Shown: in pieces, positions 14,583 through 26,919 of the stretch
Layout: every line of letters begins with the position of its first letter
Position numbering within the stretch: position 1 is the stretch's first letter
From: Camelus ferus
Taxonomy: Eukaryota
NCBI RefSeq assembly: GCF_009834535.1
Contig: NC_045696.1
Location: 62,126,001 to 62,190,000, forward strand
Direction of reading: 5' to 3'
DNA length: 64,000 bases
Translations under genes and position numbers: made by a program
The notes under the pieces: generated by a model
The model's database searches: none
Seen by the model: only the letters and a program-made list of their open reading frames with translations
Told to the model about the DNA's origin: nothing

Positions 14583-16657
14583 AGAACTATATTTTTAAAA
14601 ATTCAATTTGAGAGGAAATACATTTTCATTTTAATTTCCATTACGAGGCAAAACAAACATTACATTCGTGTTTAAAATATATTAATCAGAAAAGGAATGT
14701 AGAGCTATTTATGACTGTCTTAACTTAGTAAATGGCATTAATACTATTGTAATTGGAGGCCAAAATTTTGTAGTTCTGTAACAGTGATGATTTAGTCATC
14801 AAATCTCACAACCTAATCATTTGCAAACGTTTTAAAATAAATCTTCATTGTGAGGAACATATAGTTATGGGGAGGGGGGAGTCCAGAAAACTAATCATCA
14901 TTGCTTTAGCTCAACCCACATGCCCGTTCTTAAGGGTATCCATGGTAGCAGTGATGCAACATGCCTACCTAGCTCACCGTGCCTACACAAGTGGGAGAGA
15001 GGGGAGGCGGATGATGAAAAAAATTTCACTTGGAAAGGTGTTTTAGTATTAACATGATAAAATTACATCAACTGTATTGTCAGACTTTAAAAACACATAT
15101 AAAACCATAAAGCTCTCTAAAGATCAGAAAAGCAAGAAAAGACTCAAGGGGGAGAAAACATTTTAACACTTTAGTTGAAAAGAAAATTAAGATTTTTGCT
15201 TTTCTTGCTGTAGCGACTGGTTAAATATGTGCAAAGGGTTTTATTTCTAATAATAGAAGAAATTATTTTAATTTAGCTCTTTCAAAAGTAACTACAAATG
15301 TTTTAGGCTTCCTAATTTCCAACCTACATCTTTTCTATTTTTGCTTTAACAGTTACATAATAAAAATTTGTAAAAACTTTAGATATTGATTCACACAATT
15401 TTTTTTTTTACAGTGGTTGCTCCCTTATGCTTAAAAAAGGCCAAATGCAATTTTTAAAAATCTGTCAAGGACAGGGCAGAAAAAATTAGATCATTTCAAA
15501 TGATCTTACTATAATATCAGAAATAAAAACTAAACTGAACAAAGTGATAAAAGGCAAATGACAGACATCCATGAAAAGAACTTACAGAGGGAAAAAAACC
15601 TAAACTAAACCTGTGTTCCAGGCTTACTGCTCTTTAAACATTCTTTAAGAATATTTTGACAAGACAGTTTACACACAGGTACGTGGAAGACATCCCTTAT
15701 AAACAGAATGGGACCAGATAATGGGCATGTTAGTATCTGATCAAAATTCCTATTGTTTAAACTACAACTCTGTGAGCGACAAGCATACAAAACTAATTTC
15801 GATCAGTCTTCTTGCTTTTCTCTTGTTGTGGAAAATAATTCACTATAAAAGAAGAGCCTACTTTCAGAATTCACAAATTTACTTATTCTTTTATTACTGA
15901 ACATAATTTTAAAATCTCAACAATTTTGTCTAACAACCACTATGTGTCATCATAAGTTTATAGAAATAAAAACCAAAAAAAATTATCCCGTATTTTAAAA
16001 ACAAATGTATAAATTTTAAATGTAAGCATACTGAATTTTCCAGTCACACAATGCCCACAAACTGGTGCTCAGAAATAAAAGAAACCAAACTTAGAGCTTA
16101 AGCGAAGTAACACTTTGAGGATAATGAACAAAACAGACTTTAAAACAAATACTTTAGGATACTCTTACACACGTTTAATCATTTTAAAGCCTATCAACAC
16201 CTTTCCAAAGGCAACACAATCAGTACTTGACTATTCTTCTTTTAAAAATTAATTTGCAATAAATAAATAAGAGTCCAGAAAATGTTCTCAAAATGAGTTA
16301 TACTTTCAACCAGCATGACATTTGAGGACAGAAAATAAAGTAGAAGGGGAGAACTTTAAGAATATATTTGTAAGATTCAAATATAATCAGGGCCCTATAA
16401 ACCTTTGCTGTTGGGAGAAATGCTTCCTGTAAGTCTGAGGGAAAAAAAATATCCATTCAATACACTATATTTAGCTATATGAAACACATTTCAGAATATT
16501 ACCTTTCCTAAAGAATATAAACTAAGCATCACATGGATTCAAATATCTATTTTCAAATATATAACAATGGTTACACTTTATTTTTAAAATATATTATAAG
16601 CAATAAGGTTCCTCACATTCTGTCACTAACAAATGCAGAAAGCATACTGTATCTTAC

Positions 16658-16687
16658 CTTTGTGGTTACAATGCACAGGCAATCCAT
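16658..16687 (-). CDS. DLG1: DLG1 alpha-isoform alternative first coding exon, MDCLCIVTTK
   Basis: ATGGATTGCCTGTGCATTGTAACCACAAAG|gtaaga; strong Kozak (G at -3, G at +4); upstream in-frame stops; phase-0 donor like exon 4; peptide is the PSD-95-alpha/SAP97-alpha dual-Cys N-terminus. Confidence 0.92.
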
Positions 16688-19600
16688 TACTCTACCATTA
16701 CAATATTTAATACATAAAGCAGTTTATTGCAAACTACTTTAAGTTGCCTATATGAATAAAAAATAAAAATAAAGTTATGAGATAAAACCACTGATGAAAA
16801 GTTATAACTGTGGCAAGATCTTGCCAGGATGCATTCTTAGAGGTAGCAATTTTCCTACTACCTGAAATACAAGAAACCAGAACGTGTCACGTGTCCTACA
16901 ATCTTCTTTATGTAATCTGTATCTGAAGAACTTGAAATTATCCCACAAAACACTTGGAAGATGTCAGGGTTTATTCCATAAGAGTTCACTGCTGCTTCAG
17001 ATGCTATTTCATTAATCCCTCTTTTCAAGATACGAGGTTGACAAGGAGTCATCTGATGAAATGCTCCACAAAGAAATTCCCCCGATTTAATTTAAATCTC
17101 CTTCTCCTTGCCTGCTACAGTTTGAATATTCAAAAAACAACTACCAAAAGGAAAAAAAATCAGTTTAAAAAAAGGCAAGCAAACATTTCTTCCACTAAAC
17201 CATTTCAGCAACTGCAGCTTGCAAAGTAATGACTTTCTCAGGCAGTAATGAATGGAATATTCCATGTGGTATTTTTGAGAAGGGGAGAAAGAAGAACAAA
17301 ATGCAACAATTTAAAATATTATCTTTAAAACTCACCTCTTTTCCCTTTATTAAAAATGGTAATAGTAACATTTTACCAATGAAGCTAGCTTATAACTTTA
17401 GTGCCTTTACTAAATCCATTTCATCTAATCCCTTAAAAAAAAAAACACCACAAAATGATAGTAACTATGTACCATTTCAAACTCCTCAAGAAGACTAGTT
17501 TTTAACCCACAAGTAGCCTAACTTCGAATTCACGTGCTGTCCTCAAAATCATCGGAAACAAAGCTAGACAGGCCAACAGGGGACAAAGCATAGGGATGCA
17601 ACTGGCTTTCAGTCTCATAGCTTACAGCCACATTCCTCTGTAAAAAATGTGTCTTATGGGAGAGTATTACCTGTAATTTCTGTCCACAAGGTTTCCTCAT
17701 AGTCTACAGATACTACAAATGGCCTCAAATTCAAACAACTGAACTGTTCCCATTTGCTTCTTATACCCTACTCCTATTCATAATGTTTCAAACATCATGG
17801 GCTGCATCAGCAACTCTCATACTAAACTACGCTTCACTCTAAAGGGTGATGCAAAAGAGTTAATACACGTATATCACTTAGTACCTATCACATAGTAAGT
17901 ATCATCATTATTGTTATTACTATTATTGATTGGTTATCAGGTGACAGCCTTTTGTTTCAAGTCTAATAGGATATATGCAAGACAGATCCAGTAGGATTTT
18001 ATCTTGAACAGAGTCTAATGTGACTGTTAAAGATTAAATGAAGTAATAAATGCACAGCACTTAAAACAATACTCAACAATAATGCTTTAAGTGCTCAACA
18101 CAAGCCAGTCACAGCTATGTATCTATATATATACATATGTAGCTATAAGATTTGAAGGGTGGGCAGAAGTAAATGTCATCATTGGCCAACACATCCTTTC
18201 CTCCACACAGAACAGATAGCCTGGGCATTACATACTTGGTTTAAGACTGAGAGCATCTCCTTCTTCCCATCCACCCCAACAATCATTTGCTCCCAACATG
18301 AAAGAGTGAAACCCAATCAAGGCTCATGACTCCTTAAACAAAGTTTATTATTTTTAGAAGAATACTGAAAACAATGTAAGTAATAGGTAAGTACTGACTA
18401 GGCACTCTATTCTGCATGGGAAAATAAAGAGGTATGCAGAACTCTTTAGCTGGTTTCTCCCTTAGAGTTCTGTGTTTATGTGTAACTTTCATTATATCTA
18501 AAACAGTCTACCCCAGAGAGAGAAGGCATTCTTAAGTCTGGCAAACCTCGTAACAGCTGAAGTTGAAAATCACTACACGAAGAGTCAGAAATAGCGTTTC
18601 AGCCCATTAACAGGGTTGAAACTGTGTAATATTTTAGTAGTCATACTCTTCTGGCGGGGGCTAAGGGGTGGGGAGTAGGGGGGGGTCCCAATTTCCCCTT
18701 GACCAAAATTTTATAACCCAGTGGCTTCTAAGAGTCCTTCCACTTTTAACATTCATATGTTTCAATTTCTAAATTCATTAGATTCTAAACTCCAATAGGG
18801 CAAGACTAACGAATGTCCCATGTATTTATTTCTTTATCCCCAGCACTTGGGAAGTGGCATGGTGACCAGAATGCAAGAGGGGCTCAATAAATATTTGTTG
18901 AATCAATGAATAGCCTTTCTAATAGCTAAACTATAGGTGATCACAAAATTTTTAAAAGTCTGAAATGACTCTAAACACTGGCTACCCCATTTTCCCAGTA
19001 AAAAACTATTTAAAATAGTTTTGCCAACTCAAAAATAATCAAATATCTACTTTAAATGGACTCAATTAACATATAAATATTTAACAACATATTATTAAAA
19101 TATTATTTTATCCCACTCATATTCAGAAAGCAATTTTAGTCAAATTTCACATTCACCTTAAATATTAGGGTCATGATAGTAACTACAGCCATTTTTTCAA
19201 TTAACTCATCATTTTGATCTCAAACATCAATTTCACTTCCATCTAAGTTATTTAGATGCTGCACTTTTTAAATCCATGCATTCAGATTATCACCTGACAT
19301 TTTATCCCAAAACACTGCTAATACCTATTCACATAATAGACAATTTTTCCTGTTTGTTTTTTTTTAATCTCAATAATATAATCACTTACTATATTACTCT
19401 TTAGTACACTTTTTAATTTTTCCAAAAAAATCCTTGCATATAATACCCAATGCTTATAATTTTCAAGGTCATACTCAGGAATGATGATTTAATCTGTGTT
19501 AAATTCGACACTCATTGCATCTTTTATAAAACCATCCAAACTGGCACTAAGGACATTTCGATCCAATGTATTCTTCTCAAACAGTCACTTGCTATGCAAA

Positions 19601-19749
19601 ATAATTTACAAATTACTCTGTAATATGAGCAACTTTAGAGGTCCCAAATATACGCCTTTTGGGATGGCCATACCTCATCTAATATTCAGACACATAAGAT
19701 AATTAACAGTATTTTAGAATATCGTGGCTTTTTATATACAGACAATTGT

Positions 19750-21300
19750 TTCCAACCATGATAGAATAGGTACAGACTGACTCTCCCACCTTAAAACAAT
19801 TAAAAAAACAGAACAAATAAAAAACAATGATTTTCAGATATTGGACAGTGTTCTCATAAATGCCCAGGTAACTGCCTGGAAAAAGGTTCCAGGCTGCAGA
19901 ACAGAGAGAGGGGGAAACTAAACAAATCCAGCAATCTAAGGTAACGAGACAGAGTTGAGAATTCAAGAAGGCCAAGGTATCTAAAATTCACAGGTAAGAG
20001 CACCAGAGAGGAGAGCAGCATAGCAAGAGCTCCACAGATCTACAGCGTTCCTCTCAAGTCTTCATTAGTTCTGATCAGTCATGCATATAAGGAAACTTGG
20101 GGCTGGGGAAAGAAGCCTAGAAAGAAACAGGTGGAACAATCCCCAGAGTTCACATAGGGCCAAGAATAATAGAAAAACTAGTAATATACAGGCGCTGGGT
20201 GGAGTACCCAGAAGAGTTCTGGGACAAAATTAACCCTGTATTAAAGGACGCTTCATCCACTTAAAAAGCTTAAAAGCAAGCTTCCAAAGGATCAAGCTTC
20301 TTCCAAGTAATTTAACTGCATCTAGAAACAAAGCTGAAGAATATTTAAAGGAATACAAAAATATTTAGGCCCCCAAAAGGTAAAATTCATAGTATCTGCC
20401 AAATCCAGTAAAAAAAAAAATTACCAGATATGTAAAGAAGAGGTAAATATAACTCAAAGAGGAGAAAAAACAATCAACAAAAAACCCCAGATCCCCAGAA
20501 ACAGACTCTCAGACATAGAAAACAAACTTATCGTTACCAAGGGGAGAGGGAAAAGAGAGGGACAAATTAGGGTACAAGATTAACAGATATAAACTATTAT
20601 ACATAAAATAGATATGCAACAAAGGGTACAAGATTAACAGATATAAACTATTACACATAAAATAGATATGCAACAAAGATAGCACAGGAAATTATACCCA
20701 ATATCTTACAATAACTTATAATGAAATATAATCTAGAAAAAACCTGAATTACTGTGCTGTATACCTGAAACTAACACAATACTGTAAATCAACTATACTT
20801 CAATAAAAATAAAAAATAGACCCCAGAATGACTGATGACAGAATTAGTACCCAAGGACATTTTAAAAATTATTATAAATCTATCGCATATATTCATGAAT
20901 ACAAAGGAAAGCAAGAACATGTTAATGAGACATAGAAAATAAAAGAGGAACCAAATCAAACTTCTAGAGCAAAAAATTAAAATGTCTGAAAAGAAAAACT
21001 GAATGAGATTAACAATAGATTCAATACTTCAGAAGATTAATGAAATGAAAATATAGCAATAGAAACTGTCCAAAATATAGGGGAAAAAAGACTGAAAAAA
21101 ATGAATCACATAAGTGAGCTATGGGACAAATTCAATCAATCTAGTATAAATGTATTTAGAGTCCCTAAAGAAAAGTAGAGGGAACAGAAAAAATACCTAG
21201 AAATAATGGAGAAAAAAATTTCCAAATTTGGCAAAAACTGTAAACTCACAGATCAAGAAACTCAATAAACCCTCAGCCCATGAAGAAGATTATAACAATG
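19750..21300 (+). mobile_element. Old L1 5' UTR/ORF1 remnant interrupted by a younger L1 3' fragment (20501-20817)
   Basis: ORF1-like A-rich motifs (gaaccaaatcaaacttctagag, gagctatgggacaa); the inner element has TSD aga(t)ccccagaa. Confidence 0.75.
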
Positions 21301-24300
21301 TAAAGTATATGGGAATGATAAGCAGCAAACTCAGGAAAATGGTTAATTCTGGGCGATAAGGCAGAGAGTGTAATCAGGGTGGAAAATAAAGGGTTCTCAA
21401 CCACATTTTGTTTTCTTAAGCTAGGTAATAGGTACACAGTTATGCAAAATATTGTCTTTAATTTCTGTATAACTAAAATCTTTTTTTTTCCTAATTAACA
21501 CTCACACAAAAAGAAGACAATTCAACAGGACAAGATGACAAACAATTTTCAAAAGCAGAAAGCAGACTGTAGCAAACACCACCAAAAACAAATCAGGGAA
21601 GGTAAAAAGCTAAAATGATATTGAAAAGAGATTAATGTCCTTTAACCTTTGCTACACTGATAAATTACTGAGTATGTAACATTTTAACAAAAATATTTTT
21701 ATTTAAAATTTACCATTTATTGAGCAATTAATATGTGTGTCAGAGTCTGATCTAAGTTTTATATAACTTTTCCCATTTCATACTTACAAGCACCACGAGA
21801 GGTGAGTTTTGTTATCATCTCCACTGCATAGATGATGAAACTAAAAGAAGAGAAATTAAGCAATTTGCCCTACATTATACAATGTAGCGCAGTGGATCTA
21901 AATGTACAGACATGGAGAGAAAGTTATAGAATAATACATATATGGCTCTCATTTTAAATATACATGTATGAGCTAAATAATATATTCATGAACATGTAGG
22001 ATAAGCTGAATAAATATATACCAAAATGGTTAACAGTGGTTGTCTCAGTGAAAGAATATTTTTAAAAAGACTTGACTTTTGACAATGTACATGTCTCTGT
22101 ATATATGTTGTAATATATGCCTAAATTATCTCTGTAATCAGAGTTGGTTTTTTATTGTTTTGTTTTGTTTTGTTTTGTTTTGAGGTAGATAACTGAGAAA
22201 GAGCAAGCAGTTACTGTGAAAAAGAAGCATCAGAAGTGAGGTTACAGTATATTGGGAATGAGAAAAAAAGAGAAGAAAAGAATAAAAAAATGTAAATTCC
22301 TTTTTTCAAGAAGTTTAGTTAGGAAGAGGAGTGCTACAGGGTCCTACTGAAAAGAACTTTTTCCTGTCTGTTTTTTTTTTTAATGGAATCTGTGAACATA
22401 CTTTATGGATAAAGGAAAGAAGGGAGCAAAGGCCCAAGAGAATGAAGTTACAGATATAACATGAGGAGTGGAGAGAATGCGGTTCCAAAAGAGAAAAAGA
22501 TCAAAAGCACAATAGAGCTGTAGTATTTATTTGAGATGGTGACTTTCACATAATTGAAAACATATTTCTATATATAAAGTTAGGAATTTTTGCAATATGT
22601 ATCCCTTTGGCAATCCAACCAAAGGGGGGAGGGTTTAAGAGCACATGAGAAGATATTAGTGTTCTAATACTGAAGACAGTAACAGATGCAGATATGAATA
22701 TATAACAATCAAAATTATTTAAATGAGTTACTGAAAACATCTTATAATCAAAATTCATTAACTTAAGACTGATTGAGGATGCCTTCTTGCAGCACATAAG
22801 TCTACAACCACTGTGGCATACTTAGGCTTTAACACAGATCTTTATTTTCTTAGTAACTATAGTATTTTGCCAAGTTTTCTCCTAGATTAACAGCTTGGCA
22901 CATTATGGCAGTTGTTTCATTTCTCTCATAGTATTTCACTATATTTCATTTCCATTTCAAAGTTACCGATTTAGGGGTATGTCCTTCAGTTCCAGCACTG
23001 GCAACTAACATTTAAACACTGGGATAAGACTAACATAGATATAAACTTAAAAATTACACAATAGTGAATGTAAAAATAACAGCTCAATGGTCATCAAAAT
23101 CACTTGCACAGACATCTAATGTATAATTCACTTAATACACCTGTCTGTTTTGGTCTTGGTGAAAAATTTCAATTACAGGGTCTTTGCATAAGGACTGTGC
23201 ATTATTCCAAATTCTGTACATTTTCTTTCTTTATAACACATAACTTAAAAACTGGAATTAAATGAGACAACACTATAAATTTGGTGCTGTGGAGAGAGTG
23301 TTCAAACTGTGTCTCTGGGATGTACTGTCTGAGAGAGAGAGAGACATTCTGCTAGAGGGAAAAAAGCATCAGGAAGAAGGATAAAAACCTTAAGGACATT
23401 GATAAATGAAACAAGAAAAGGAGCTGACCTCCAGTACATAGGATGGTCAATTATTCTGAAGGCAGGAATTCAAAACTGACAATTCACGAAGCTGTACTAT
23501 AAAATCTGGTCAGCTGTCTCCCAAAGTTCTTAAGAACTGAAGTGGAGGTCTGCATTAAGGATATAGAATTATAGATAGTTGGTACCAAAGATAAGAAAGT
23601 ACTGAATTTGAACATGGTCTGGTAATAGCACTGTGTAGGTAATAGCACCATTATCTATTTTAAATTTCCTCAGTCTGATAACTGTATACTTGATATTTTT
23701 TAAAATGTTCATATAAAATAAAATAATTTTTTTTAAGGAGAATAACCTTGTTCATAGGAGATACATGCTGAAGTACTTAAGGGTAAAAGATCATGATATC
23801 TGCCATTTGCTCTCAAATGGGTCAGCAAAAATAAAAAGTGTGTATGTGTACAGAGAGCAAGCAAATATGACAAAAAGGCAGTTTATTTTACTAGTCATGT
23901 AACTTTTCTGTAGATACACCCTTTTTTCCAAAATAATAAATATTTTGAAAGAGAGAGATTGGAAAAGGGTCCAGAATAATAGTAAAATTTAAGTCCCATA
24001 ATTAAAGTGCAAAGTGGTATAGGCATTCAGAAGGGACTCATTTCAGAGAAAAGATGAGTGAAAACCACACAGAAGGTTTCTGAGCTGGGCCATGCAAGAT
24101 GGATAATGTACAGACATTCCAGTTGGGATATATATACCAAAACATTTTTGGCAGCCATTATTGCAGGGAGAGATTTTATGTTCTTAGGTTAAATGTTTTC
24201 TTTTCTTTTTTTTTTTTTTTTTAAACAAACTCGACTGTTACGTTTCTATCTCTTTTAAAACAGTTCTTTTCTCTTCTCATTTTATTAACTTTATTGTGAT

Positions 24301-24704
24301 ATTCTCATTTCTTTAGGTAACAAGTCCAATTACCAAGAAAGTTATTAAATAAAGTAAGATAAAAAGGTCTGCTTTGAAGCCTAAAGTTCTGAGTTCTAAT
24401 TTCAGTTTCTCTACATGGTAATAACATAAGTTTGGGCAGTCACAACATTCCTAAACTACAGTTTGCTGAATTCTACAGTATCAGCTCCAAGCACTGAGGA
24501 CCAATATCTGGCTTACCTCATTTATGTTAGGAGACATTGCAAGAATCCACTGTCCTATAACATCTCAAAATATAATAACATATGTGAATGTACCCTTTAA
24601 AACTATGCAATTTGAAAACAATAAGATTATTTTTATAATCCTTTCCTATGGAACACATGAACATTTTTTAAGAAAGGAATAAAGAACATAATGTATTGTT
24701 TTTA

Positions 24705-24833
24705 ATTTTTTTTTTAAGTTTCCTTTTGGGGGGGGATTAGGTTTATTTATTTATGTATTTACTTTTTTTTTTTTTAGAGGAGGTACTGGGAATTGAACCC
24801 AGGACCTCGTGTGTGCTAAGCTATACTCTCCCC
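24705..24833 (-). mobile_element. vic-1-like SINE with internal deletion
   Basis: TSD taatgtattg at 24689-24698 and 24836-24845; B box present. Confidence 0.85.
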
Positions 24834-25978
24834 ACTAATGTATTGATTTTTAAAATTATTACCATAATATTTTTAGACCAGTAATGTTTCTCAAATTGTA
24901 TTTTACTAGTTCTGAGGCAACAGGCTAAAGTTAAGACTCTGTCACTTGCTTCTATACTGTCTCACTTCTCAAAGAAAACACCTCAAAGAAAAGGCAATCG
25001 CATGGAACAGAGAAACAGAAGCCATTATCCCTGGCAGATTCTAGTCCTCGGGCAGTGAAAATTCAAAATGAACTTGGGAAAACTGTGCCAGAATGCAAGG
25101 ATGTGCTCAAAGACTAATGTGGGCATGTCAAAGGACATGGAGAGATCTCTTCAAGGGCTCTCCCAAATTTGAAGTAATTTGAGTACCCAAAGAACAACAA
25201 CTGAAATGGACTGTAAACACTAAATACATAAAATCTTTCAGTCCATAGTGATAGCTTTTATTTTTAAGAGCAAGAAATAGGGGGAAAACTTATTAGTCAC
25301 CTTTGAAGGGAATTATCACACAAACTCTACTCCAAAAACTAGTCATTTAAAAAAATATAGAAGTTTAACCATGTCTTTTTAGGTGAAACAAAGGTTCATC
25401 CCTAGTTGATGGGGAAAAGTACTTTTTACAGAAGAAAACCAACTAATAAATACAAATGGAATGATAAAATTAGAAGAGAAAATCAATGTTTTAAAACCTC
25501 TAATGAAATAAGTAATTCAGGCAAGGATCATTAATGGGTGAATCAGGTGAAAATTTACTCAATACAAGGTACTAAAATACTATCTCTATAAATACTTCAT
25601 AACTACAAGGAGAAAAACATACCTATACAATGGAGGATCTGGAGGTCAACGCCTTTAAGTAATCAAACTTACCATCACAAGTGCAACGACCTGATATTGT
25701 GTGCTTCCTGATGTGATGCAATATGAAGTACGATATACCACTATGAAGTCTGCTTATCAAAAATAAGTCTAGCAACCTTTATATCTAACTTCCTGTTATC
25801 AGAAATATGGGACTCAGTAGAATGACCAACAACGTGAAGAAACAAACTACTGAACACACACAGAATGTGTGGTAGTCTATAAAACAACTGAGAGGGTCTT
25901 TTTAAAAAGTTAGCTATTTAAACGGGGGAAAAGAAAGATGGGAGGTCTATTGTCTAGATTATGAGAGAGTAAAGACAC

Positions 25979-26468
25979 TGTACCAGATTCAGTATGTGCC
26001 CTCCTGACTCGTTTCAATGTTTGCCCCCAGATCTTCACATTTGCTTTTCACCCTGAGGAGCCCTAGCAACACCTTGTGCCCCTGGCCTCCTGTCCACATT
26101 GCATCCTCTCACCTCCTCACTTGGGCTTTCCTGTAAACCTCAAAACCAAATACCATATCCCCTGCACCCACAAATCCACAACCCTGAAATGTATGGGAAC
26201 TGTTGCTCACTAGAAGTCAGTAGACAAATTCTTTTCCTTTCCTTCCTTGAATATAGTATATACAGCTTCTCAGGGATGCAATACCCAGGATCCAACAATC
26301 GGTTACACTTAGTGGCAGGAAGAATCCTTGAATTAAGTTATTCCTTATTCCCAGTTTATTCACCTTTTCCCTCACTTGTGCTCCCAAGGAGTGAATGAAC
26401 TCCTAAAATACGGAACAGCACATAAGCCCTCTGCCTCATGATCTGTTATCAGGGAAACCCAGATAAAA
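25979..26468 (+). mobile_element. ERVL-type solo LTR (LTR33-like) within old L1 fragments
   Basis: Starts TG; 3' end ctctgcctcatgatctgttatcagggaaacccag resembles ERVL LTR termini; C-rich compared with its flanks. Confidence 0.55.
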
Positions 26469-26919
26469 AATAAAGACTTAACAATCAAATGCAGTACCTG
26501 AGTCTTAACTGAATTCTTAATTTTTTTAAGTCCTAAAAGATAGATCAGAAATAATGGTAAATATGGATTGGAGAGAAAATTTAATAATTATTGTTAATAT
26601 TCTTAGGTGTGATAATAGTTCTAAGGTTACACAGAAGAATGTTTGACTATTCTTACTCATAGGAGATATGAGCTGACCTTTTTACGTGCATGATGTGCAT
26701 GGTATCTGCAACTGATTTGCAAATAGTTTCTCCAAAATACACGTATAGAGATGAGGCAAATATGATAAAATGTTAGTAACTGCTGCCTTTCTATTGATGT
26801 TTGTTGGTCTATTCTTCCAATTTTACTGGACTTGGAAACTTTTTATGATAAAAAGTTACAGAAAAATAAAATCACCTTTAGCCTATCACTCAATTATAAT
26901 ATGGAAAGAACCACAATTC

